DNA of 34,099 bases from Octopus bimaculoides. Lineage: Eukaryota. Below, in pieces: positions 1 through 11,720 of this stretch. Positions within the stretch are counted from its first letter, which is position 1, and the number at the start of each line of letters is the position of its first letter. The stretch is taken from NCBI RefSeq assembly GCF_001194135.2, contig NC_068982.1, positions 187,693,617-187,727,715 on the forward strand, read 5' to 3'. The notes beneath the pieces are model-generated. The model was not told the DNA's origin. It ran no database searches and worked only from the letters and a program-made list of their open reading frames with translations. The translations under genes and the position numbers were made by a program.

Positions 1-31
<31 letters not shown>

Positions 32-1162
32 TATGTATATGTGTGTACGTGTGTGTTGCTCGCACGCACACACATACACACATTCACGGGCCAAGAGAGA
101 TACATAGGCTCTTGTAAACAAAATCATTCTATTTCTGTTTCGTACGTTTATGGTTTATACAAAATAATAACAAGAGTCAGGTAATGGAAAGAAGCGGCCT
201 CGCCCATCCCCCGCCACCGCCGCTTATATCATAAGATTGGTTATTTTGGCAGAAAGTGAAAGGGAGGAGGGTGAAGAGGAGGGAATGGTGAGAGAGGAGA
301 AAGGAAATTTAGGGAAGAGGAGAGAGAGAGAGAGAGAAAGAACGACAGATACATAGGTCGTGTGATAGGAGCAGAAAAGCGCGCGCGAAAGAAGGGTGAA
401 GGTAAGAGTGAAGGAATAAGAGAGAGAGAGAGTGATAGAAACAGAGATAGACAGAGAGATGAGTAGAAAGAAGCAGAAGAGCGAGAGAGAGAAAGGGAGA
501 AAGGAAGAGAGAGAGAGGGAAAGAGAGTGGTTAAAGCGAGAGAACAAACGAGAGCGTGTGCACGTGTATGTGTGCGTGTGTGTGTGTGTATATGTGTGTG
601 TGAGCTAAGCTAGCTAGCTAGCTAGATAGATAGATAAATAGAGAGATAGATAGTGAGAGACAGAAGGAAAGGTAAAAGAGAGCATACAGGCAGTGAGAGG
701 TGTAGTGGAGAAGGACTAATCTTTCAGTAAGCAGCAGCAGCAGTTGATAAACAAAGAATAACTGTTAGTCCTTTGTACAAAACGATTAGAGTGCAACTGC
801 AACAGCTCCATCTACTGAGATACAATTAATTACTGGTATTAGTCTCTGTTTCCTGAATGCTTCCTGCCTCTATTTTTACTGCTTAAGAATATTATTTCAG
901 AGAAAAGCTGGTGTTATCGTAACAGTGAATTGAGAGAGAAGGGGCGGCCATTTTGGCCGTAGGTTCCTCTTGTTTCAATAAAACTTTCTACTTTAGGAAC
1001 AAGGCCTGAAGTTTGGAGGGGAGCGGGAAAATGGATTACATCAACTCCAGTGTTTCACTGGTACTTGATTTATCGACCCCGAAAAGATGAAAGGCAAAGT
1101 CAACCTCGCCGGAATTTGAACATAGAACGAAAAGACATGCGAAATCTGCCAGCTCACCGCCT

Positions 1163-1182
1163 TAATAATAATAATAATGATG

Positions 1183-1219
<37 letters not shown>

Positions 1220-1279
1220 TGATGATGATGATGATGATGATAATTAATAATAATAATAATAATAATAATGATGATGATA

Positions 1280-1332
<53 letters not shown>
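1163..1332. repeat. Compound (AAT)n/(GAT)n microsatellite; a second tract at 1781-1832
   Basis: Direct; explains the poly-I/N/Y/D ORFs. Confidence 0.97.
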
Positions 1333-1791
1333 TCTTTCTACTGGAAGCACAATGCCTCAAATTTNNNNNNNNNNNNNNNNNNNNNNNNNNNNNNNNNNNN
1401 NNNNNNNNNNNNNNNNNNNNNNNNNNNNNNNNNNNNNNNNNNNNNNNNNNNNNNNNNNNNNNNNNNNNNNNNNNNNNNNNNNNNNNNNNNNNNNNNNNNN
1501 NNNNNNNNNNNNNNNNNNNNNNNNNNNNNNNNNNNNNNNNNNNNNNNNNNNNNNNNNNNNNNNNNNNNNNNNNNNNNNNNNNNNNNNNNNNNNNNNNNNN
1601 NNNNNNNNNNNNNNNNNNNNNNNNNNNNNNNNNNNNNNNNNNNNNNNNNNNNNNNNNNNNNNNNNNNNNNNNNNNNNNNNNNNNNNNNNNNNNNNNNNNN
1701 NNNNNNNNNNNNNNNNNNNNNNNNNNNNNNNNNNTAAGCATTTCGTCCAGTACGCTAACGATTCTGCTAGCTCGCCGCCTTGATGATGATG

Positions 1792-1832
<41 letters not shown>

Positions 1833-2591
1833 TTGGGGGAGTGGGCCAGTCGATTAGATCGACCCAGTACGCAACTGGTACTTAATTTATCAAGCCCCAA
1901 AAATGAAAGACAAAGTCAACCTCGGCGGAATTTGAACTCAGAACGTAAAGACAGACGAAATACCGCCAAGCATTTCGCCCGGCGTGCTAACGTCTCTGCC
2001 AGCTCGCTGCCTTTTTGTTTAAACGTGTCTTGAGAGAACAGAAATTATCCACCAAAACAATATCTCTTCTCTTTAACTTGTTTCAGTCATTAGACTCTGG
2101 CCATGCTGGGGCACCGCTTTGAAGAATTTTAGTCCAATGAATCAAACCGAGTACTTATTTGTTTTCAAAATACTGGTACTTATTCTATCGCTCTCTTTTG
2201 CCGAAACGCTAAGTTACGGGGGCGTAAACACACTGCCATTGGTTGTCACTGATGGAAGAGGACAAACACAAATACACACACACACACACATATACGGCGG
2301 GCTTCTTTTAGTTTCCGCCTACCAAATCCACTCACTAAGCTTTATTAGACCCGAGCATATAGAAGGTGTCAAGCAGTGAGATTGAACCCGGGACCACAAC
2401 GATAATGGAATTTATGTGACAACCCTCATAATAACCAAAGAGTAACCACGCGCACACATGGGCTTCATTACAATTTCCGCCTACCTAATCCAGTCACAAG
2501 ACATCGGTCGATCCAGGGACTAAAGTAGGAGACACTTGCCCAGGGTGTCATATGGTGGGACTAAATCGAAAACCACAGTCACAAAACGAGC

Positions 2592-2594
<3 letters not shown>

Positions 2595-2637
<43 letters not shown>
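2595..2637. repeat. (CA)n microsatellite; other (TA)n/(TG)n tracts at 1-28, 4614-4635, 6078-6108, 8545-8780, 19621-19653, 21762-21786, 22330-22360
   Basis: Direct. Confidence 0.95.
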
Positions 2638-2639
<2 letters not shown>

Positions 2640-3174
2640 AGTGTGTACATGTGCAGGCGCGGTCCCAGGAATTCTTCGAAGGAAAGCACAAGAACAGAAG
2701 GAATACAATTCTAGGAGAAAAGGGCATAATAACATTATTTAGAAGGGTACACTTCTTTTCTTGAACGGGGCTCGTGCCCCTCAGGCCACCACCTTGGGTC
2801 CGCCCCTGATATATGTATGTGTGTGTGTGTGCTCTTGTCTCTTTGTAAATCAAAGTTTATGCGAATGTGATTTCAGCTAAATTTTATCAAGCAGAGTGAC
2901 CGCGTGGGATCGAATTAAATTCGATTGGTTTTGCTTAGCTCCAGTTCGATCAAACTTATCTTTGGCGCAAGGTGTTCGTCTTGGACCATCTCACTGTTTT
3001 AGTGTATGAAGATTTACATTATTAATATAATCTTTATTTTAGACGGTCGGGGTATGATTTGAGGGTGAATTAACTGCTATTTCTAGCAAATTGAGTGAAA
3101 CACCGTGTTCTCCTCTTGATATAGATTGGCGTCATTTTATCGCAGCAGACGATACTGTCGTCTGCCAGAAAACA

Positions 3175-3500
3175 ACTCTGTCTCTCTACCCCCACTCTCT
3201 CACTCTTTCTCTTTTCCTCTTCCCCCCTCTCTCCCTCCCACTTTCCCTTTCTCTCACTCATTTGCCTTATCTCTCTCTCCCTCTCCTCTGTCCCCTCTTT
3301 CTCCTCCTCTGTCTCCTTTCTTTTCCTCTCTCCTCCATCTCTCTCACCCTTCCTCTCTGTCTTCTTTTTCTTCCTCTTTCTCTGTTGCCTTCTCCCATCC
3401 CTTTCTCTCGCCAATCTTTCTTTTCCTCTTCCCCCACCGCTTCTCTCTAGCTCTCCCTTCCTCTCTTTCCATCTCTCTCTCTCTCCATCTCCTATTCTCT
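3175..3500. repeat. CT-rich low-complexity tract (GA-rich tract at ~250-545; CA-rich tract at ~3990-4320)
   Basis: Direct; explains the S/L/P-rich and R/E/K-rich ORFs. Confidence 0.9.
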
Positions 3501-3695
3501 CTTATATATTCTATTATATTTCATTTCATCAAAGAAGTGGTTGTGGTTTGAGATACGAGTTATTTCGATTTAATTACGTCAGAGAAGTGGCTGATGTGAG
3601 GTTATTACTTACATAAAGACGCTGTTGTAGATGACGAGAGGAAGCGCTGGCAGAGTTTCGGTTATATATATAGATATACATACAGAGCTTCATTT

Positions 3696-3910
3696 AAAGG
3701 CGAGCTGGCAGAAACGTTAGCATGCCAGGCTAACGCTTAGCGGTATTTCGTCTGTCTTTAAGTTCTGAGTTTAAATTCCGCCGAGGTCGACTTTACCTTT
3801 CATCCTTTCGGGGTCGATTAAATAAGTACCAGTTGCGTACTGGGTCGATCTAATCGACTGGCCCCCTTCCCCCAGAATTTCAGGCCTTGTGCCTAAAGCA
3901 GAAAAGAATA
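3696..3910 (+). mobile_element. SINE family A copy
   Basis: ggcgagctggcagaaacgttagc...gagtttaaattccgccgaggtcgactttacc...; related copies at ~1000-1165(-), 1833-1990(-), 11810-11975, 18250-18430, 18800-19200, 25225-25370(-), 32500-32660. Confidence 0.85.
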
Positions 3911-4329
3911 TATAGCAAGACGTAAAACTGATATAATTCCTACTCTCATACTCCCTTCCCCCTCTCCCTTCATCGTCACCCCTCCCTCGTAACCCCAACC
4001 CCACACAATCCAACCCCACCTTCCCTATCCATCCCATCACCACCCCATCCCTTACACCCAGTCCAACATACCCCATCTCTACCCCACCCTCAGCCTACCC
4101 ACATACCCCCACCCTCATCTTAACCCACACCCTACCCTTGCTTGCCCCACTCTCACCTCCCCCACATCCCAACACTATCACAGCACTACACCATACACCA
4201 CCACACATCACATCACACCACGCACACACTAGCACTGACCACTTCTCAGCCCCACACACCTACACATGCACACACGCACTCGTCAAGGTCACCAGCCCTC
4301 TTCCACATGCACATACATGCTCTCTTATA

Positions 4330-4600
4330 CACAGGCACGCGCACCTTCATTTTGGGATCACCACTACTTCATTAACTGCCCTTCTTCCTAGCTCTCCTAT
4401 GTGACCCCTCTGTCGGCATTCGCCATGATAGATCGCTAGCCACTACACATTCTTTATTTTCACTCCTTGTTTTTTTCTGTGTTTCTTTCTGTGGAAGAGC
4501 GTAGGCTCGAAACGTCAAAGACTTTTTCACTTCCCGAGCGTTATACTAATACATCTGTTTATTGTCTACACCACTTGTCTTCGTCTTTTTTTTGTGAATT
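4330..4600 (+). mobile_element. Penelope-like terminal-repeat remnant with degenerate hammerhead motif
   Basis: tcttt-CTGTGGA-a-gagc-gtag-gctc-GAAACGTC-aaaga at 4484-4521; element boundaries approximate. Confidence 0.5.
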
Positions 4601-6073
4601 CTCCCCCCCCCCCCTATATATATATATATATATATAGTTCAAAAAAACAATAACAAAAAAACAACAAAGTGAGAACGTGATATGGATAGTATTATTGGAC
4701 GCTCAGGAAAGGAAAGAGAGAGTGTATGACGTTTTGGGCGTCGCCCTTCGTCGGAAAGATGGAAAGTTCGGAGAATGGAAGAACGGAGAAAGAGGAAAAT
4801 GGTACCGATGCCCACGAGGTTACATTAGGCGCTGACGCGGTAAGAAGCTTGCTTCCCAACCACATGGTTCCGGGTTCAGCCTCACTGCATGGAACCTTGG
4901 GCAAGTGTCTTCTACTATAGCCTCGGGCTGACCAAAGCCTTGTGAGTGGATTTGGTAGACGGAAACTGAAAGAAGCCGTCGTATATATATATGTGTGTGT
5001 GTGTGTGTGCTTGTTCCCCCACCATCGCTTGGCAACTGATGTTGGTGTGCTTACGTCCCCATAAACTAGCGGTTCGGCAAAAGAACCCGATAGAAAAAGT
5101 ACTAGACTNNNNNNNNNNNNNNNNNNNNNNNNNNNNNNNNNNNNNNNNNNNNNNNNNNNNNNNNNNNNNNNNNNNNNNNNNNNNNNNNNNNNNNNNNNNN
5201 NNNNNNNNNNNNNNNNNNNNNNNNNNNNNNNNNNNNNNNNNNNNNNNNNNNNNNNNNNNNNNNNNNNNNNNNNNNNNNNNNNNNNNNNNNNNNNNNNNNN
5301 NNNNNNNNNNNNNNNNNNNNNNNNNNNNNNNNNNNNNNNNNNNNNNNNNNNNNNNNNNNNNNNNNNNNNNNNNNNNNNNNNNNNNNNNNNNNNNNNNNNN
5401 NNNNNNNNNNNNNNNNNNNNNNNNNNNNNNNNNNNNNNNNNNNNNNNNNNNNNNNNNNNNNNNNNNNNNNNNNNNNNNNNNNNNNNNNNNNNNNNNNNNN
5501 NNNNNNNNNNNNNNNNNNNNNNNNNNNNNNNNNNNNNNNNNNNNNNNNNNNNNNNNNNNNNNNNNNNNNNNNNNNNNNNNNNNNNNNNNNNNNNNNNNNN
5601 NNNNNNNNNNNNNNNNNNNNNNNNNNNNNNNNNNNNNNNNNNNNNNNNNNNNNNNNNNNNNNNNNNNNNNNNNNNNNNNNNNNNNNNNNNNNNNNNNNNN
5701 NNNNNNNNNNNNNNNNNNNNNNNNNNNNNNNNNNNNNNNNNNNNNNNNNNNNNNNNNNNNNNNNNNNNNNNNNNNNNNNNNNNNNNNNNNNNNNNNNNNN
5801 NNNNNNNNNNNNNNNNNNNNNNNNGTTGAAAATACTTCAAGATATTTTAAAATAATCTATTTTAACGGATCGATAGTCGCGTGACTTTATTCCCCCCACC
5901 CCACTCCGACACTTCTCTTTGGCATGAATCATTAAAACATTTTTTTTTCTCATTAAAAGATATCGAATTTTCATTGAAATATACTTGCGACATATCAGAC
6001 AAAATATCGTTGATGAAGTTTCAATAGTTCAATGAATAAAAAAAACAACCCCATTAATTCTCTCTCTCTCTCA

Positions 6074-6112
<39 letters not shown>

Positions 6113-8567
6113 CTTCTTCTTTAAATTTAGCTCGTCTCCGTTTCTCTTTTTATTTATTGAAAATATTTCATTTTATTCATTCTGTCTTCGTTTCGTATTT
6201 TTATTCCTCCTTGTGATTCTTATTCTTGCACCCGTACACTCTTTGCCTACTTTTTGTTCTCTCTGGTAGCTGGAAGTTGTGTGTGTGTTTGTGAGAGAGA
6301 GAGAGAGTGTGTAAGTGAAAGTCAGTGTGCGTGCGTGCGCGTGAGATAGATTAGGAGGTTGCCCTTAGTTTTATCCTATTTAAAGGACTACTATTTATCA
6401 GTCAAACATTTTCAACCGTGAAATTTCAAGAAAAGTTATCGAGGGAAAGAAATTGAAAAGAAAAATGTTTGTTGTCAATGAAATGGAGCGAGTAAAAAAG
6501 GAAATGATATATATAAAATAATTCTTCGTTCAGAATTTAAACATCACGGTGATTAGAGACAGATAGATGGAGAGAAAAATAGATTAGACAGTAAAGATAG
6601 AGAGATAGAAAAATGTAGACAGACAATCAGACAAATATATTATGAGATAAGATAGAGAGGAAGGCGGAGTAGTATATGATAGAGTTTTTACGTTAACGAG
6701 AAGCGGAAGTACAAGAGCGCTCAAGTACAAATATAGAATTGTGTTGTTGAGTGTGATATGTGGACTGTTGAAGGGGGGAGAGCTAGAAAAATATATTAGA
6801 GTAGATATTGGAACGACATTGAAAACTATGCCTGCTAATGCCGTTTTGATAGTAGGATTTGAATGAAACTCAAGTGTGTGGCGATATAGTGAAAATTTAC
6901 CGCCAAATCTCGTTCACGTCTGACAACGGCAGTCTCATCAGTGGTGACGGAGTTGTACAGTTGACATTTTGTGAATTGTACTCTAAAGGCTTTCGCAGAT
7001 GAGAAACTGGAATTTAGGATATCGTTTAGTCAAAGTGAAGGACAGCGGAAAGAGAAGAGATTCAGGTTCTGTCCATGTTGGCTTTTCAAATTCGTATTGT
7101 AGAATCCAAAACAGATTTTCCTTGTTGCTCGACTTGCCAGAAATAATAGATATATTTCCTTCAAATCACACCTCACAGTTTAATGTATTCTTTTATTTGC
7201 TTCAGTCACTGTCGGCCAGGCTGGAGCACCGCCTTGGAACGAATCGACACCAGTCCGTATATTTAGCATATATTTTTTCTATTTCCTTGTTTCAGTCACT
7301 GGAGTACGGCCATGCCGGGGCACCCCCTTGAAAGGTTTAGACGAACAGATCGACTCCAGTACTTAATTTTAAGTATGGTGCTTATTCTATTTATTTTGTC
7401 GAACCGCTAATTTCGGGTACGTAAGCAAACCAACACTTAATGCTGTCAATGTCTCTGCTCGATGCGTTTGGTCATCAAACATGAAAACGAAAACCCGACG
7501 AGCACGAACTACACATCTGTACTCTAGGCGTAACTGATAGGAACTGAAGCGGCCTATCGGCGCGAAAGTTTTTAAGCATGTGCAAGAAGGGTCGCATCAC
7601 CTTCCACCCAAAGGATTTTCTCCAGGCAGCGTTAATTTTGGCGGGAAAAATAAAGCTTTTGAACGTACCTTCGAGGTTACACAGACACACACACACAAGT
7701 ATATATATATACAGACAATAGGTGAGAGATGAGTATGGTCAGTATAGAAATAGGATGGTAGTGCTCAAAAAGATTTGAATCTAAACTCCGAAATCTTAGC
7801 CCAGGGCAAGGCCCACCGCGTCAAGACTGGCCATAAGAGAAATTCAAATCAGCTTGATTTGGAAGCAGTAATACAGATAAATACTGGCTTAATATAATTA
7901 TATGTAGAAGGAGCACTGTGCGCCATGTAAGTATATTTATATCTAGTCTATGTTTGTATTCATAACTCTCTAATATGTATGAGAGGTATCCGGAAGACCC
8001 AAAAGGAAGGTAAGGCTATGTAAATGCTACGGAAGGACCGCTGTAAGACTTCCGGATTTGATAATAATATGAGTGAGGAGCCTAATGCGGGTCGTGTGTG
8101 AGCGTGTATATGTTAGATAAATGTTATTTAACATACATACACACACAGGCTTCCACTATGTTATTTAACATATATATATATATACACACATATACACATA
8201 CAGGCTTCCACACAGTTTCCACTTACTCACCAAGCATTAGACAGCCCGGGACTAAAGTGCAAGATACTTGCCGCGGTGTGGCACTAACTCTTCCCCGAAA
8301 TCCCATGGTTGGAAAGCCAGTTTCTTAACCACAGGGTCCTACGAGACTAAACAAGAAGAGAAAGACAAAGGTTGAATGTGATGGATATTAAAATAGACCA
8401 ATAAAACATTTAGCTGCATCATGAGTGAATGATGAAGTGGTTGTGTGGTAAGAAACTTGCTTTTCAACCACATGGTTCCGGGTTCAGTTCCATTGCGTGG
8501 CACCTTGGGTAAATATTTTGTAGACGGAAACTGAAAGAAGTCCACATATATATATATAATGAAATCC

Positions 8568-8610
<43 letters not shown>

Positions 8611-9713
8611 NNNNNNNNNNNNNNNNNNNNNNNNNNNNNNNNNNNNNNNNNNNNNNNNNNNNNNNNNNNNNNNNNNNNNNNNNNNNNNNNNNNNNNNNNN
8701 NNNNNNNNNNNNNNNNNNNNNNNNNNNNNNNNNNNNNNNNNNNNNATATATATATATATATATATATATAAATATATATATAATGCGTATGTCTGAGTGT
8801 TGGTGTGTTGGTGTGTTTTCGTCCCCGTAGCTTAGCAGCTCGGTAAAAGAACCAATAGAATAAGTATCAGTGGGGTGGTCGATTAATTCGATTAAAAATT
8901 CAAGGCAGTGCACCAGTCTAATGAATAAGCAAGTAATAGAAAAAAAAAATCACCTCGCAACCGCAATGTCTCGGGTTCGATCTCTCTGCGTGACATCTTG
9001 GAAATATGATTTTTGGGTCAACATTCATAAAAAAAAAAAAAAAAGATACGAGTGAAGCTGGGTCGATAGAAACCCATCGGGTGGATTGTTCTAATAAGCC
9101 AAAAGAAGCGGTCTTGTCATATTGTGTACGCCGAGAAATATGTTAAAGGTACACGTGTCTGTGGAATGACGAATCATTTACACGTCATTTCAGTCAGGAG
9201 CAGGTAATTCAGGTGATACATCAACTGAATCCTCGTTGTCCAACGACTGAGATCCTCCGGGTAATAAACTAACTTCTACGTCGTATCTTCTCAACGCCAA
9301 TAATATAAAACCGGAAACTACTTTGAAATACATTATAGAGTTAGCATGTAGTGTATTCTTTTGTTCTTTCACTGGTTTCATTCTTTGGATGGTGGTCATG
9401 CTGGGGCACCAACTTTAAGGGTTTTAGTCAATCATACATATTTCAGCTATGTGTTCGCTTTCGGTGAGTGTGAAAAGAAACAGTTGCACGAGATCTGTCT
9501 CTTCCTCACTTCCCATGGAGATATTGAGTAAAGAGCCACCTCCTTTTGAGCTAGTAGGAATTGTGATTTATATAACAGACTTCTTAGCATTCATTATGAT
9601 CCTAATATCAAGGAAAAGCTTGCAGGAAGAGGAACTCAGTTATGAAATGTAGGTTCAGAATGTTTAAATCGGAACACTAAGAATACAACAAAAGCATAGC
9701 CAGAAACTTCTTG

Positions 9714-10340
9714 AGTAATCCCTCGACTATCCATGCACAAACACTATCAACTCTTCGACTCGCATAATGGTGAAATTAGTCATTCCTGCCCTGATAAGAT
9801 CGCCTCTAAGATTAAATATTACAACTGCAAACATGTTCCAAAACCCCCGCGATAGGTGAAAATCCCCGAAGTAGAAACACTACTGTACTGTATAGTTAAA
9901 TCAAAACTGAGTATAGTTTGAGTCAAAGAAAAATGTGGTAAAATTGAAGTTTCTCAAGTATTACAATATGTTACTGTTTAGTTCCAATCATACTGATTGC
10001 TCAGATAATCAGCGTCGTTCTGGCCATGATTAGCCAAGCTTATTTTCAGACATGGCATATTGAAGACAACATGGCAGCGAGTCTTCAGATTGACTTTTTA
10101 GTCTACTAGAAACAAGAAAAAAAAAAAAAAATGCTGTTGCATGGGATGTTACTAATAAAATCTGTTTTAAAATTTAAAATATATTGCTCACATTGGTTTG
10201 TTAAACTTACTCGTGTATAATAAAAATGAGAAACGTTTTTAAGACACTCAAACTCACTTATGGATTCAATAGAATCTTAACATTTCGGAAAAATTCGCAA
10301 TGCTCCACTGCAGCGAGGTGCGCCATTAGGGATCCACTGC
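9714..10340. mobile_element. Degenerate pogo/Tigger-type element related to the 29159 MITE
   Basis: Left agtaatccctcg at 9714-9725; internal cgcgataggtgaaaatcc; degenerate right end near 10325-10340. Confidence 0.4.
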
Positions 10341-11159
10341 ACTAGAGTGTGATTTGTGGAAAATTCGAACAATTAGTTAGGAGACAAACTAAGAGAGAGA
10401 CCTAATAGATTTTTCTTAATTTTAAAACAGGTCTTTAATAATTTCCCATGTGAAACAACAACAGCAGTTTTATTTCTAGTCTTTAGCACACTGCGAAGTC
10501 AAAAATTTGTCACTGCCCTGTTCTCTTAAATATATGTCTGAAAATAAACTAGTCTGGTCATGGCCGGAATGCCGATGGTATATATATTTAGTAGAAAGTG
10601 GGTTATACATCTTTAGATTGTATACCTGACTTTCTACTATAAAATTAAAGAAATAGACGGAACGCTGAACAACATTTATTTACTTAGTAAAACATACATA
10701 TCTTTAGTTATACATCTTTAGAGGTGAGAATAACGAGCTGTCGAGTATAAGACCGAAAGATGTAGAGACAGCTTTGAACACACGTCCATGCTCAATCGCT
10801 GGCCAGCGTGAAAGAGAATGAAGTGAGCGGGAAACGCTTGCTTTATTAATTCTACGCATGCGCAGGCGTTACTACATACATACATACATATATATACATA
10901 CATACTTAACTGTTTTAAAAGGTTGAGCTTATACTTCGACTAAATTCAAGACAAGACACGGCGAATTCGATCAGAGGTGTCCTGAGCGATAACTAGACAG
11001 CAACTGATGCTCTTTCGCTGATACTTCCAGCTTTTATCACAAACCGTCGTTGCCGATGTTTCGTGTTCGAGAAATTGTTCGTAAACCGATTTGTTCGTGA
11101 TGAAAGGCCTTCCTAAACAGGTTCCACTGTATTTGTAAAATATATGCTTTTTATATATA

Positions 11160-11162
<3 letters not shown>

Positions 11163-11199
<37 letters not shown>

Positions 11200-11235
11200 G
11201 AACGACACGTACAGCAATAGTTATTTTTATTTATT
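11163..11235 (-). terminator. Probable polyadenylation site of the FAS-like gene
   Basis: Two overlapping AATAAA on the minus strand (11226-11235), ~300 nt after the stop, followed by a GT-rich stretch (tgtacgtgtcgttcgt) and a long T run (11163-11196). Confidence 0.6.
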
Positions 11236-11535
11236 CATAAAATATGCAGCTACAGTTATTACTAACGAAACAGTTATATCCAAAACAAGGAACAAGCTTG
11301 AACCAAATTAACAGGATAAATATTAAAATATTTCTAACTAATTTATTAAGTTATAATTAATTGAATACATTTCTGTATATTGAATACAAATGAACAAGTG
11401 ACGAACCACACAAACACAAAAGACAGATGTGTTATAAACGAAAACACAAAATAAGTTCATTTTCGTAATTGTTGAGCAATAGAAAAATAGTTAATTATTG
11501 TTAATATTGACAAAGATAGCAATGTTTAAATTTGA

Positions 11536-11720
11536 TTAATCTCTCTCTTTCAAGAGAGTTTCTATGTCATTCGCCAAACTAATTCCATTCAGGAATGTCT
11601 GGTGGTTACCATCGTAGTAATTAATGCAGACGTTGGTACACAATTTTGAGAGGCCATAATCAGACGGTAAAGCGAGAGAATCCGTTGGTTCCGTTTTGAT
11701 TCGTAATAAATGGATGCAAC
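11536..11720 (-). CDS. Terminal coding exon, 185 nt: TE catalytic His (CIHLLRIKT...SDYGLSKLCTNVCINYYDGNHQTFLNG...LLKERD-stop)
   Basis: Acceptor aattactttttcag; TAA at 11538-11536; DYGLSKLC...DGNHQTFL resembles FASN DYNLSQVC...EGDHRTLL. Confidence 0.93.

Noticed and set aside
224-4404. ORF-track proteins rich in S/L, I/N/Y/D, R/E/K or H/T
   Set aside because: Translations of microsatellites and low-complexity tracts.
6933-6941. Minus-strand CTGATGAG hammerhead-like core
   Set aside because: Stem II is mismatched and no GAAA follows.
6998-7065. Possible plus-strand exon (EKLEFRISFSQSEGQRKEKRF) with a nearby CGGAAGT motif at ~6704
   Set aside because: Weak donor, no partner exons and no recognisable homology.
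9190-9399. ORF ending DVEVSLLPGGSQSLDNEDSVD, reminiscent of piggyBac transposase N-termini
   Set aside because: Too short and low in complexity to support; no downstream DDD domain seen.
11163-11196. Poly(A) run as the tail of a processed retrocopy
   Set aside because: No plus-strand coding or SINE body precedes it; better explained as the T-rich downstream element of the minus-strand poly(A) site.
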